Below, piece by piece: positions 1 through 10,172 of a stretch of DNA of 64,000 nucleotides. The notes beneath the pieces were generated by a model, which was given only the letters and a program-made list of their open reading frames with translations, searched no databases and had not been told where the DNA came from. This stretch comes from Myxococcota bacterium (lineage in GTDB: Bacteria; Myxococcota_A; UBA9160; UBA4427): NCBI GenBank assembly GCA_965250285.1, contig OZ252299.1:672001-736000 (forward strand). Direction: 5' to 3'. Positions within the stretch are counted from its first letter, which is position 1. Each line of letters begins with the position of its first letter. A program made the position numbers and the translations under genes.

Positions 1-281
1 ATCGCGTGCTGCTGCGGGCGCTCTTCGAGACCGAGGCGCCCTACATCGGGCTGCTCGGCTCGCGCCGACGTACGCGCGAGCTGCTCGCCGGGCTCGTCGC
101 CGATGGGCTGGCGCTCACCGAGGAGCGGCTTGCTCGACTCTTCAGCCCGGCCGGCCTCGATCTCGGCGGCGAGGGGCCCGATGCGATCGCGCTGTCGATC
201 GTGGCCGAGATCCTCGCGCGCTCCGAAGGCCGCATCGAACCCCGGCGCCCGCGTCTCGAGATCGACGAGCCGAACCCCTGA
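1..281 (+). CDS. xdhC: XdhC/CoxI family molybdoenzyme maturation factor, C-terminal part (5' truncated by window edge)
   Basis: YIGLLGSRRR and SPAGLDLGGEGPDAIALSIVAEI are typical XdhC C-terminal motifs; adjacent to a MocA-like gene. Confidence 0.85.
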   Translation, partial: RVLLRALFETEAPYIGLLGSRRRTRELLAGLVADGLALTEERLARLFSPAGLDLGGEGPDAIALSIVAEILARSEGRIEPRRPRLEIDEPNP

Positions 282-283
282 CC

Positions 284-856
284 ATGGTCTGGGATGCGGT
301 GCTGCTCGCCGCCGGCGAGTCGAGGCGCCTCGGACGTCCCAAGCAGCTGCTCGAATGGCGGGGCGTCCCGCTCGTGCGCCGCGCGGCCGAGGCCGCCATC
401 GAAGCGGGTGCGCGCCGGATCGTCGTCGTCGTCGGAGCGGTCGCCGATCGTGTCCGCGAAGCGCTCGCGGGGCTCGACGTCGAGATCGTCGACAACCCGC
501 AATGGCATGCGGGGATCGGCAGCTCGATCGCGGCAGGCGTGGCCGCCTGCACGCGGGACGCGCCCGTCGTCATGCTGCTCAGCGATCAGCCGGATGTCGA
601 CGCGACGTTGCTCGGCGAGCTCGTCGGCGCTGCAGCCGAAGGGGCACACACCGTGGCGTGTCGATACGGGGGGTCGCTGGGGGTGCCTGCGCTCTTCTCG
701 CGGCAAGCCGACCTCGAAGCGCTGCAGTCACTCGCCGGTGACCGGGGCGCCAAGGCACTCCTCCAGCAGGCGGGCGTGGTCGCGATCGAGAACGACGCGC
801 CCGTTCACGACATCGACGTCGAGGCCGACTGGGTGCGCTGGACCGCCGAGCGCTAG
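284..856 (+). CDS. mocA: Molybdenum cofactor cytidylyltransferase-like nucleotidyltransferase (MocA/YgfJ, NTP_transf_3)
   Basis: LLAAGESRRLGRPKQLL, LSDQP, GDRGAK and DIDVEAD motifs; 2 nt after the xdhC stop. Confidence 0.8.
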   Translation: MVWDAVLLAAGESRRLGRPKQLLEWRGVPLVRRAAEAAIEAGARRIVVVVGAVADRVREALAGLDVEIVDNPQWHAGIGSSIAAGVAACTRDAPVVMLLSDQPDVDATLLGELVGAAAEGAHTVACRYGGSLGVPALFSRQADLEALQSLAGDRGAKALLQQAGVVAIENDAPVHDIDVEADWVRWTAER

Positions 857-915
857 GCGCCGATCGGGTCCCGGGTCGACGTCATGCGGCTGCGATCGGC
901 TCGACGTCGGGCCCC

Positions 916-3261
916 CTAGCCGTCGCTCTGCTCGCGCTCGGCGCGCAGCGCCTCGACCCGGGTGCGCAGCGCTTCGAGGCTCTCGAGGGGGTCGCCACGG
1001 GCCGCTTCGATGCCTGCGAGGATCGACTTGCGTGTGCGCACCCCGTCGAGCGTCAGCTGTGCATCGTCGAAGAGCGGCTCGAGTGAGGCAAAGAGCGTGT
1101 CGGGTAGCACCTGCTCGAGGTATTCGAGCCCGGTCCCGCGCTGGGCCGGCGAGCCGCTCCCGAGCGCGCGAATCGCGAGCACGAGGCCGTCACGATCGAG
1201 CACGCATAGCAACAGGGTCCAGACGCAGACGACGCCTTCGACGACCCGGCGGCCCTCGGGTGAGTCGACCGGGTCGCCTCGCCGAATGCGCGCGTCGAGC
1301 GCCGCCCGCGCACGCCAGCGCCGCAGCGCTGCCGCGGCCTCGTGCTCGGCGACGGCGAAGACCGTGGGTGTCTCGATGATCAGGTCGTCGTTCGCGCGAC
1401 GGATCCGTAGCAGGCTCGAGGCGGCGCGAAAACGAAGCTCGAAGTCGTGGTCGCCGAGCATCTCGATCAGGCCCGTTGCGCAGCGCTGTGTGGGAACACG
1501 GCCGAGCAGGTCGCAGAGCCGACGGCGCACGCCGATGGGATGTCTGAGATCGAGGGCCGCGTCGATCAGTGTGCCGACGCAGATCGGTGCGATGCGTCGC
1601 AGCGACTCGAGCGCGAGATCGCCGACGCCGGGTGTGTCGACCAGAGGCACGACGATCGGCGCCAGCTCGGTGGGGAGGCGCGGCATGGCGGTCAGCACCG
1701 CTGCAGCGCGCGCCGGGTCTCCCGACCGGAGCCGAGCGGCTGCGACGGTGAGCGGATCGAGGTCGTCCGCATCGATGGGGGGCAGCGGATCGGGTCGAAA
1801 GGGCGTCTGATGGGCCGGCGGGGCCGGGGGCTGTCCTTCCGCGGGCGCGCTCGACTCGCCTGGCTGAGCAGAGAGGCGGTCGATGAAGGCCGTGCGTCCC
1901 AGGGCCGGCCCCGCGTCGCTCGTGGCCGCGAACGTCGCCCGAGCGACGGCCCCGGTGCGGGTCGTCCCGAGCGCCTGGACGAGGGTGAGCTCGGTCGTCG
2001 CGTCGACCGTCTCGACCTGGGTCGGATCGATCTCGCCCGCGCGCAGGCGCTCGGCGAGAGATGCGATGTAGCCGTGATGCAGCCGGCGCGTGACCCACAC
2101 GCCCGCCGCGCTCGCCGCGATGCCCGCGACCAGCACGGCCTCGGTCGCGATCGCCGGGATCGCCGCCAGCACCGCCATCGTCACGCCGGCTCCGAGTGCG
2201 GTGCCCAGCTTGTCGCCGCCGACGTCGATCAGCGCCTTCGTCGGCCGCTTGCGTTCGGGGAGCACCGGCGTGTAGAGCAGCTCGTAGCCCGAACGGAAGA
2301 GCGAGTTCTCCATCACGCCGACGCCGCCCCGGGCCGCTGCGGCCGAGGTGAGGCCAGGGAAGACCAGCCCCACGAGGCCGAGCACGACGCCCGACGTCGG
2401 CAGTGCGCCGGTGGTCGCGCTCAGTCCGAGTCGCCGGAGCACGAAGCCCGCCGCACCGTTCTGCACGACGAAGGTGACCAGGTTCAGCGCCATGTAGAAG
2501 AGCGCGAAGAACGACACGAGCTCGGCGCTCGAAGCGAATCGCTCGGCGGCCGACGCCTTGAATGCGTAGTCGTACGCCGCCTGGGCCAGCGAGACGAGCA
2601 GCATCAGGGCGAGCAGGTGCTGCAGATAGGGCGTCGCGCGAATGATCGACATCGCCCCGCCCGCTTCGCGGTCGGGTGCCGTCACCTCGTGGTGGCCTTG
2701 CCCGATCGCGACCACGCCGACCGCGCACAGTCCGTTGAGCGCACCGATCACCGCGATCATCGTGGGGATGTCGATGAGCGACGCGCCCCACCATGCTGCG
2801 ACCCCGCCGAGCACGCCGCCCAGGGTGGCCCCGCCGGTGATCCGCGGCATGAGCCGCTTGGCCTCGTACGGATCGAAGCGTTCGTTGACGACCGACCAGA
2901 ACGACGAGAACGCGACCGCCGACAGGCTCATGATGTGCAGGTAGACGGTCACGGCGGCGACCCTCGGGAGCGCCCGCGCCAGCAGCCACTCGGCCCCGAA
3001 GAGGGCTGCGCTCATGGCGAGGATGACCGGCAGGCTTCGAGCCGGCGCGATGCGGCGCAGGAGTCGCGCGCTGCCCAACACCACGGTGACGCTCAGCGCC
3101 GAGGCCGCGAGCATCACATAGGGCAGGGCGGTCGCGTCGTAGTACGTGAGAAAGAAGCCATCGCGTAGGGCTCGGCTCGCGACGAGCTGGGCGACCATCG
3201 CGATCGCCACCGCGACCGAGGCGGCGAAAGCGCGGCGCGAGTTGTCGCTGGCTCGGCTCAA
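916..3261 (-). CDS. Npt1/Npt2 (TLC ATP/ADP translocase-like) MFS membrane protein with C-terminal HEAT-like helical repeats
   Basis: About 12 hydrophobic segments; FWSVVNERFDPYEAKRL and ELLYTPV..ERKRPTKALID match the TLC-like family; C-terminal helical repeats (DHDFELRFRAASSL). TTG start. Confidence 0.7.
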   Translation of the reverse strand: MSRASDNSRRAFAASVAVAIAMVAQLVASRALRDGFFLTYYDATALPYVMLAASALSVTVVLGSARLLRRIAPARSLPVILAMSAALFGAEWLLARALPRVAAVTVYLHIMSLSAVAFSSFWSVVNERFDPYEAKRLMPRITGGATLGGVLGGVAAWWGASLIDIPTMIAVIGALNGLCAVGVVAIGQGHHEVTAPDREAGGAMSIIRATPYLQHLLALMLLVSLAQAAYDYAFKASAAERFASSAELVSFFALFYMALNLVTFVVQNGAAGFVLRRLGLSATTGALPTSGVVLGLVGLVFPGLTSAAAARGGVGVMENSLFRSGYELLYTPVLPERKRPTKALIDVGGDKLGTALGAGVTMAVLAAIPAIATEAVLVAGIAASAAGVWVTRRLHHGYIASLAERLRAGEIDPTQVETVDATTELTLVQALGTTRTGAVARATFAATSDAGPALGRTAFIDRLSAQPGESSAPAEGQPPAPPAHQTPFRPDPLPPIDADDLDPLTVAAARLRSGDPARAAAVLTAMPRLPTELAPIVVPLVDTPGVGDLALESLRRIAPICVGTLIDAALDLRHPIGVRRRLCDLLGRVPTQRCATGLIEMLGDHDFELRFRAASSLLRIRRANDDLIIETPTVFAVAEHEAAAALRRWRARAALDARIRRGDPVDSPEGRRVVEGVVCVWTLLLCVLDRDGLVLAIRALGSGSPAQRGTGLEYLEQVLPDTLFASLEPLFDDAQLTLDGVRTRKSILAGIEAARGDPLESLEALRTRVEALRAEREQSDG

Positions 3262-3276
3262 GCGGCGCTCCTGCGA

Positions 3277-5334
3277 TCAGCTGCGTGACTCGGCGACGAC
3301 CACTTCGACGCCCGACGCCATCGAGCTGCCGGCGCTGACGGTGCCGTCGGTGAGCAGCGCCTCGGCGTATCCGCTCCACCACGCGACGGCGTCGTCGTCC
3401 GCCCATGGCTCCACCTCGCAGGCCCGCAGAAGCTCGGCCAGTTTGGCGGCGCTCGCGGGTCGATCCGCCGGATCTTTCGCGAGGCACGACATGACGACGT
3501 ACTCGAGGTCTTCGGGCAGGGCTGCGCCGAGTCGCTGCGAAGGGAAGGGCGGCATCTCGCGCAGCTGTTGGTGCAGGATCTCGCGCACGTCGTTCGTCTC
3601 GAACACGGCGTGGCCACAGAGCATGTAGTAGGCGACGGCGGCCAGGGCGTAGAGATCCGACTGCGGGCTGCTGCTGCTCGACGAGAGGATCGTCTCGGGG
3701 GCGAGATACATCGGCGTGCCTGCGATGACGTCTTCTTCGTCGTCGATTGCCTCGTTGCCGCTGAGATCCTTGACGAGGCCGAAGTCGAGGATCTTGACCG
3801 TGTCGCACACGCCGCCGCGGCGCGTCAGCATGATGTTCGACGGCTTGATGTCGCGGTGCAGAAGCCCCTGATCATGGGCCTCCTGCAGCGAGCCGCACGC
3901 CTGGGCCAGTGCGTGGACCACGCGACCCGGCGGCACGGGCCCGGTCGATTGCACCAGGGACTCGATGGTGAAGCCCTGCACGTACTCCATGGCGTAGTAG
4001 AAGATGCCCTGGGGCGTACGGCCGTAGTCGAAGATCTCGATCGTGTTCGGGTGCGTCAGCTGCGAGGTCAGCTGCACCTCGCGCTGGAATCGCTGCTGGG
4101 CGCGAAGGTCCTGTGCGCTCTCGGCGCGCAGCAGCTTGATGGCCGTGGGGCGGCGCAGCATGGCGTGATGGGCCAGGTACACCTCGCCCATGCCGCCCTT
4201 GCCGATGCGCTTCTCGATCTCGTACTGCCCGAGCGTCTTGGCGCGCTCGAGCACGTTGCGGATCTGCCGCTGCAGTCGAAACGACACGAACAGTGAGCCC
4301 GCCGACAGTGCGCCCATGAGCGTTGCGAGCGCCATGACGAGCACGCTGGCCCGAGTCAGATCATGCGATCGCTCGGCGGTCGCTTCGGCCTGGCTCGCCG
4401 CGAGCAACGAGGCAGTGGCGCGGGCCTCCTGGACCAGCGGCTGGCCTTCTTCGACGTAGAGCAGCTGGGCGACGCTCAGCTCGGAGGCGCGCCGCATGGC
4501 GACGACCTCCTGGGCCTGAAGCTCGTACGCGACGAACTCGTCGAGTGCGAAGAGCAGCAGCGCTTCGAGGTCGCCGTCGGTCGTCGGCTGGACGTCGACC
4601 GCGAGCTTCGCCGCCAGCGAGCGGGCGAGCTCGAGCTCGCCGAGCGTCGCGCGCTCGCGCACCTCGCTGTAGTCGTCGAGGTAGGCCGACAAGGCGAGGT
4701 CGGTGCGCGAGATCGACGAGCGAAAGCGGGCGAGGTTGGCAACGAAGTCGATCGATCGCTCGCCGCTGTTCGTCATGCTGTACTGGTCGATCGACTCGCG
4801 CAGGCTGCGGAGGAGGCTGGTGCGCAGCGGCCGAAGTCGCATCTCGTAGGCGACCGCAGCGGGCTCGTTGCCGGGGGTGTGCGCGACGTCTTCGATCGAC
4901 CACTGCACGATCTTGAGCGCGCGCAGCACCTCGCCCAGGTGGGCGATCTGCTCGGCGACGGCCGGGTCGCGCGATCGCTTCGCCAGTCGTTCGAGCTCTG
5001 CCTGGGTCGGCTCGATCTCTTCGGCCCAGATCGCTCGCCGCTGCGCCCGCGCCTCGGGACGACCGTAGGCGACCCATCCGCGCAGGGCCGCGAGCGATCG
5101 GTTGAGCTCGGCGTTCATCACGGCGGCCTGGCGCGCGAGCGGCGCCGCGGTCTGGCTCTGGTAGCGCAGTTCGAGGCCGAACCAGATCGCGAAGACGAGC
5201 GTCACGATCGCCGAGAGGAGGCCCACGGTCGCAACCGTGCCATTCGAGGAGAGGAGCCCCTCGGTCAACCGGCCGCTTGCGCTGGCGCCGCGGCGCCAGA
5301 TCGAAGAGCCCGCGCGTGAGCCGGGGTCGGCCAC
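3277..5334 (-). CDS. Membrane-anchored Hanks-type Ser/Thr protein kinase with N-terminal periplasmic helical sensor domain
   Basis: GKGGMGEVY, AIKLL, HRDIKPSN, DFG and GTPMYLAPE all intact; two TM helices flank a roughly 280-aa helical region. Confidence 0.92.
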   Translation of the reverse strand: MADPGSRAGSSIWRRGASASGRLTEGLLSSNGTVATVGLLSAIVTLVFAIWFGLELRYQSQTAAPLARQAAVMNAELNRSLAALRGWVAYGRPEARAQRRAIWAEEIEPTQAELERLAKRSRDPAVAEQIAHLGEVLRALKIVQWSIEDVAHTPGNEPAAVAYEMRLRPLRTSLLRSLRESIDQYSMTNSGERSIDFVANLARFRSSISRTDLALSAYLDDYSEVRERATLGELELARSLAAKLAVDVQPTTDGDLEALLLFALDEFVAYELQAQEVVAMRRASELSVAQLLYVEEGQPLVQEARATASLLAASQAEATAERSHDLTRASVLVMALATLMGALSAGSLFVSFRLQRQIRNVLERAKTLGQYEIEKRIGKGGMGEVYLAHHAMLRRPTAIKLLRAESAQDLRAQQRFQREVQLTSQLTHPNTIEIFDYGRTPQGIFYYAMEYVQGFTIESLVQSTGPVPPGRVVHALAQACGSLQEAHDQGLLHRDIKPSNIMLTRRGGVCDTVKILDFGLVKDLSGNEAIDDEEDVIAGTPMYLAPETILSSSSSSPQSDLYALAAVAYYMLCGHAVFETNDVREILHQQLREMPPFPSQRLGAALPEDLEYVVMSCLAKDPADRPASAAKLAELLRACEVEPWADDDAVAWWSGYAEALLTDGTVSAGSSMASGVEVVVAESRS

Positions 5335-5340
5335 GACGCG

Positions 5341-6393
5341 TCAGGAGCCTTCGCTCTGGGCGGCGTCTTCGACGAGCGTCGCGGCCACGAGATCGTCGAG
5401 GATCGCCTCGAGCAGACCCGCGCGCTGGTACGCGTGGGCGGGAAAGCGGCGGCCGGGGTAGTACGCGCGCGCCGGCGGCCGCGCCCCGGGAACGCGGCGG
5501 TGTACGTCCGACAGCTTCTCGACGATCAGCGCGGCGAGATCGCTCACGTCATTGGGCGACACGCGGGCGGCGTCCTCTTCGACCGGCTCGAGCATCAGCA
5601 CCTGAATGCCCTTGTCGTTCGCGAGCAGGGTGATGAGCTCGAAGCAGCGACGCAGGCGCATGAAGACGTCGGCCGGCATCCGGTCGGGTTCGAAAGGGGG
5701 CTCCTCGGGCATGTTCCGCCCGTCTGGAATCGTCGCGTGCAGCACCGCGGCCGCGTGCACGGCCGCGGTCACGAGCTGGAACACGTCGCTCGGCGACGTC
5801 TGCTGGTCGAGCAGGTGATTGACCTCGGCGCCGGCGTGCGTCGCCGCGTTGAAGACCTCGCTCGGCGTCGTCGTCTCGGGCTCGGCGACCTCGGCGACGA
5901 CCTCTTCGATGCCGAGCTCGCGCTTGACCAGCAAGACAGAGGCCAGGGCCGAGTCGACCACGCCGAACACGTCAGCGGGCCGCACCGTGCCCGAGATCGG
6001 CATGATGTCGTTTCGCACGACCCGCACCTGCTCGAAGGCGAGTCGACTCGCCCGGGTGTGCAGGTTCAGCGCTTGCGAATACACCTCGCCCGGGTGGGCC
6101 TTCATGGCGCCGAGGAGCGGTTCGGGCGCGGGCGGCTTGCCCATGTAGCGGCGCAGCAGCTCGGTGTTCGCGCGCAGCAGCTCGACGCGGGCGAGCACGT
6201 CGGCCGGCACGATGCTGTCGGGCATCGAGAGGCGTCGACCGCTCACCGGCGGCGGCGTCTCGTCTTCGAGCGTGGCTCGGGCAGCGACCGGGCTGCCGAG
6301 CCCGGTCACAGCGAGGCCGACGAGCACGAGGGCGAGCCGGCGCGGGCTGCGGTGCCAGCGGTCGACGAGACGGGCCAGACGGGCAGCGTTCAA
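5341..6393 (-). CDS. Secreted hypothetical protein with repeated P[AS][DE]V[FY] helical motifs
   Basis: TTG at 6393 preceded by GAAGGA; signal peptide ending AARA; repeats VPADVL, HPGEVY, RPADVF, TPSEVF, SPSDVF, MPADVF, SPNDVS; stop 6 nt before the kinase start. Confidence 0.7.
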   Translation of the reverse strand: MNAARLARLVDRWHRSPRRLALVLVGLAVTGLGSPVAARATLEDETPPPVSGRRLSMPDSIVPADVLARVELLRANTELLRRYMGKPPAPEPLLGAMKAHPGEVYSQALNLHTRASRLAFEQVRVVRNDIMPISGTVRPADVFGVVDSALASVLLVKRELGIEEVVAEVAEPETTTPSEVFNAATHAGAEVNHLLDQQTSPSDVFQLVTAAVHAAAVLHATIPDGRNMPEEPPFEPDRMPADVFMRLRRCFELITLLANDKGIQVLMLEPVEEDAARVSPNDVSDLAALIVEKLSDVHRRVPGARPPARAYYPGRRFPAHAYQRAGLLEAILDDLVAATLVEDAAQSEGS

Positions 6394-6640
6394 CGGGCTT
6401 CCTTCGCGGTGAGCGCGGTCGGGTGCGGCAGCGGCGCCGCAGGGGGCGGCCCTCGCGCGTGTGCCGCGCGAAGCGCACGGCGCCGAGAGAGTAGGCGCCG
6501 GATGCGCCGGGCTCCACAGGCCCGGGCGGGGTGTCCGATTGCGCCTCGCGCGGCGCGTTCTTCCGATTGCGTCGCCTCGCCCCACAATTATCCTTGCACG
6601 CTTCGGGCTCGGAGCGTGCCGCGAAGCAGGGAGCATCCGG

Positions 6641-8134
6641 ATGGGAAGCGAGTCGACGGCCGACGTCACGTTGATCGGCGCAGGCATCATGAGCGCGACG
6701 CTCGCGGCGTTCTTGCGTGAGCTCGAGCCCGAGATGCGGATCGAGATCTTCGAGGCGCGCCACGCGCCTGCGGAAGAGAGCTCGGACGCCTGGAACAATG
6801 CGGGCACGGGGCACGCTGCGCTGTGCGAGGTGAACTACACGCCCGAGCGCGAAGACGGCTCGATCGACATCTCGAAGGCGCTCGAGATCAACACCGAGTT
6901 CGATATCTCGAGACAGTTCTGGTCGTACCTCGTCCGCGAAGGGGCGATCGATTCGCCGGGGCGGTTCATTCACCCGGTGCCTCATATGACCTTCGTCTGC
7001 GTGGACGAGCAGATCGAGTTCCTGCGTCGGCGTCACGCCGCGCTGACCGAGCACTTCTGCTACCGCGGCATGGCGTTCTCGGACGATCCGAAACAGATCA
7101 GTGACTGGGTTCCGCTCGTGATGGAGGGGCGCGATTCGGCACAACGCGTCGCTGCGACACACATGCCCACTGGTTCTGACGTCGACTTCGGTGCGCTGAC
7201 GCGTGCACTGCTCGATTACGTCACCCGCGACGACGCCTGCCGCGTGCACTACGACGCCACCGTGACCGATCTGACGCGGTCGCCCGACGGCGGCTGGACG
7301 CTTCGCGTGCACGACGAAGCGCACAGTGAGTACGCCGAGCATCAGACGCGTTTCGTGTACATCGCAGCCGGGGGTGGCGCCTTGCCCCTCCTCCAGAAGT
7401 CGGGGATCCCCGAGAGCCATGGCTATGCGGGCTTCCCCGTAAGCGGCATCTGGCTGCGCTGCGAGAACGAGGCGCTCGCTGAGCGACATCACGCCAAGGT
7501 CTACGGCAAGGCCTCGGTTGGGGCGCCGCCGATGTCGGTGCCGCACCTCGACCATCGGGTCATCGATGGTCGCCATGCGCTGCTCTTCGGCCCGTTCGCG
7601 GGCGCGTCGACGAAGTTTCTCAAGCACGGCTCGCGCCTCGACCTGCTGAGCTCGGTCCGCTGGGAGAACATCGGGCCGATGATGAGTGTCGCGATCGACA
7701 ACGTGCAGCTGCTCGAGTACCTGGCAGGCCAAGTGGTGCAGTCGGAGCACCACCGCTTCGAGACGCTGCGCGGCTTCTACCCCGATGCGCACCCCGAAGA
7801 CTGGGTGCTCCAGGTCGCGGGCCAGCGGGTCCAGATCATCGAGCGCGCACCGGGGCACAAGGAGAAGGGCATCCTCAAGCTCGGCACCGAGCTCGTCGGG
7901 GCGGCCGACCACTCCTTGATCGCCTTGCTGGGCGCATCCCCGGGCGCATCGACGGCGGCGTACCTTGCGCTCGAAGTGCTGTCGAACTGCTTCGCCGAGC
8001 AGGTCGAGGGGCGCTGGTCGAAGAAGCTCGCCGAGATGATCCCGTCGTTCGGCCAGTCGATCGCCGACGACGAGGCGTTGTGTCGACGCGTCCGTTCGTC
8101 GACGGCCGAGGTGCTCGGTCTCGTCGACCTCTAG
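6641..8134 (+). CDS. mqo: Malate:quinone oxidoreductase
   Basis: LIGAGIMSATL, ESSDAWNNAGTGHAALCEVNYTP, GAPPMSVPHLD, AGQRVQII and LLGASPGAST are Mqo signatures. Confidence 0.96.
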   Translation: MGSESTADVTLIGAGIMSATLAAFLRELEPEMRIEIFEARHAPAEESSDAWNNAGTGHAALCEVNYTPEREDGSIDISKALEINTEFDISRQFWSYLVREGAIDSPGRFIHPVPHMTFVCVDEQIEFLRRRHAALTEHFCYRGMAFSDDPKQISDWVPLVMEGRDSAQRVAATHMPTGSDVDFGALTRALLDYVTRDDACRVHYDATVTDLTRSPDGGWTLRVHDEAHSEYAEHQTRFVYIAAGGGALPLLQKSGIPESHGYAGFPVSGIWLRCENEALAERHHAKVYGKASVGAPPMSVPHLDHRVIDGRHALLFGPFAGASTKFLKHGSRLDLLSSVRWENIGPMMSVAIDNVQLLEYLAGQVVQSEHHRFETLRGFYPDAHPEDWVLQVAGQRVQIIERAPGHKEKGILKLGTELVGAADHSLIALLGASPGASTAAYLALEVLSNCFAEQVEGRWSKKLAEMIPSFGQSIADDEALCRRVRSSTAEVLGLVDL

Positions 8135-8208
8135 GCTCGACGCAGCCTGCTTTCCTGTGCTCGGCAGGTGCCCCTGTGCCCGCCGCACGATTCAACGGAG
8201 TGACACCG

Positions 8209-8820
8209 ATGATCACGCTCTATCACCTGCGACCCTCTCGTGCCGAGCGCATCGCCTGGCTGCTCGAGGAGGCCGGTCTCGAGTACGAGGTCGAGGCCTT
8301 CGATCGCGACGCGACGTTCCGAGCCCCGGATAGCCTCCGCGCGGTGCATCCCCTCGGCAAGTCGCCCTTGCTGCGCGATGGCGACCGGGTGATCGCCGAG
8401 TCGGGCGCGATCGTCGAGCATCTCGTCGAGACGCACGCACCGCAGCTGGCCCCCGAAGTCGGCAGCGAGGATCGCGTGCGCTACCTCGAGTGGCTTCACT
8501 GGAGCGAAGGGTCACTCGCCGCGAGCGTGGTGATGGATTTCATCGTGTGCGGTGGGATGGTGCCCGGGGTCGAGCCCGGTGCCATGCCCGAGATGCTGGC
8601 GACCGAGCTCGGCCGTGCGCTCGACTGGGTCGAGACCGAGCTCGGGGGACATGATTTCGCCGTGCGGAACGGCTTCACGGCGGCCGATCCGATGCTCGTC
8701 TGGGTGCTCGACTTCGCTGCGATGCGCGGCCACGTGGGCGAGCGCGCTGCGATCACCGGCTACCTCGAGCGCATGCATGCCCGGCCGGCTTATCAGCGCG
8801 CCAAGCAGCGCGTCGAGTGA
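8209..8820 (+). CDS. Glutathione S-transferase family protein
   Basis: SRAERIAWLLEE, HPLGKSP, IAESGAIVEHL, FTAAD and ARPAYQRA; GGAG upstream of ATG 8209. Confidence 0.92.
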   Translation: MITLYHLRPSRAERIAWLLEEAGLEYEVEAFDRDATFRAPDSLRAVHPLGKSPLLRDGDRVIAESGAIVEHLVETHAPQLAPEVGSEDRVRYLEWLHWSEGSLAASVVMDFIVCGGMVPGVEPGAMPEMLATELGRALDWVETELGGHDFAVRNGFTAADPMLVWVLDFAAMRGHVGERAAITGYLERMHARPAYQRAKQRVE

Positions 8821-8833
8821 CCTTCGACCGGCG

Positions 8834-9847
8834 CTAGTCGGAGGAGCCCGGCTCCCGCGGATGCCCGACCCGGTCGAGGCTCTGGCTGAGCGCCTTGTGA
8901 TAGATGATGCTTCCGTCGGGCTCGCGGATCTCGGGCCGATCGAATCGCGTCATTTGCGCGTCGAGCCCGGGCTCTTCGGCAGGCCAGAGCCGCGCGTTCC
9001 AGTTCGGTAGGAAGAAGTGCACGATGCTCGTGCGGGCGCTGCCTTCGGCCTGGCCGTCGGGTGCGGCGACGACGCGATGGCGCGTGGCGCGGACGCGTCC
9101 ACCGCTGATGAACGTCAGCGCTTCTCCGACGTTGACGACGAAGTACTCGTCGGTTGGCTCGACGGGCACCCAGGTGTCGTCACCGGGCAGCATCACCTCG
9201 AGCGCGGCGAAGCCGTTCTCGGGGACACTCTGGTGAAGCACGGTGATCAGCGTGTCGTCGTAGTGCGCGCCCATCCGAAGGCCGCCCGACTCTTCGGGGT
9301 AGGCGAGCATGCGCATGACACTGACTGGATGCGACGCGAGCGCGGCCCAGGCGTCGCGACCCAGACCGAGCTCTTCGCGCACACGATCGAGGAGCCGCAA
9401 GCAGATCGCGTCCATCCGCGCGTAGTAGTCCTGCCAGAGCCGCGCCATCTCGGGGTCGGGGAACACGTTGGGCTCGAAGTAGACCTCGGCTTCGGGGGCG
9501 CCAAAGTAGTCGGGGTACTCGGCCCGCTCCGATTCGGTGACCGTCCTGCCCATCGAGTACTTCTGACATAGATCCATCTGATCGGAGTCTTCGCCGTAGC
9601 CGGCCGCGCCCGACTCCGAGCCGTACGGCGACCAGCCCCGCAGAAAGCCTCGGTACGATGCCTTCTCTTCGATCGGGCGAGCCATGAATTCGAGGGTGGT
9701 CCGCCGTACCCCGTCGAGCAGATCGCGCGGGACCACGTGGTCGCGCAGCAGAAGGAAGCCGGTCTCGAAGAGCCCGCGCGAGAGCTCGTCGCGTGAGTTC
9801 GGGTCGTCGAGATCAACGATCGGCAGGTCGGCGTAGGCGGGGGGCAT
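8834..9847 (-). CDS. Isopenicillin N synthase-like 2OG-Fe(II) oxygenase
   Basis: N-terminal LPIVDL; facial triad HYD...H (GAHYDDTLITVL, ATRHRV); RTS 2OG-binding motif. Start uncertain (9847 or 9937). Confidence 0.88.
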   Translation of the reverse strand: MPPAYADLPIVDLDDPNSRDELSRGLFETGFLLLRDHVVPRDLLDGVRRTTLEFMARPIEEKASYRGFLRGWSPYGSESGAAGYGEDSDQMDLCQKYSMGRTVTESERAEYPDYFGAPEAEVYFEPNVFPDPEMARLWQDYYARMDAICLRLLDRVREELGLGRDAWAALASHPVSVMRMLAYPEESGGLRMGAHYDDTLITVLHQSVPENGFAALEVMLPGDDTWVPVEPTDEYFVVNVGEALTFISGGRVRATRHRVVAAPDGQAEGSARTSIVHFFLPNWNARLWPAEEPGLDAQMTRFDRPEIREPDGSIIYHKALSQSLDRVGHPREPGSSD

Positions 9848-10172
9848 TCGAACAGTCTCGGTGGCTGGATCCGGCGGCGTCGCGCTCGCATCGGGAGAGA
9901 CGATACTGCGTGACCGGGGCAGGGGACGTCCAGACATGGGTCGAAACCGACGCGAACGGTGCCAGGGGCGGGCCCCTCGGGATGCTGCGTGGAGTCGCGG
10001 TGTCGGTGCCGGCACAGGTCGACCCGCGCCCTTCCGTCCCGCAACGCGGCCCGGGTCGTGGCCCTGAAAACGATCGGCCGCGTTTCCGCTTCGGCCACGC
10101 CTTTCGCACGCCGATACACACGGTTGCGCCGGATCTGCGGGCCGTGCCACGCCCCGGGGCGAGGAGTGTGGG

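Noticed and set aside
8834..9847. Beta-lactam biosynthetic cluster
   Set aside because: No ACV synthetase or other cluster genes; the fold family is broad.
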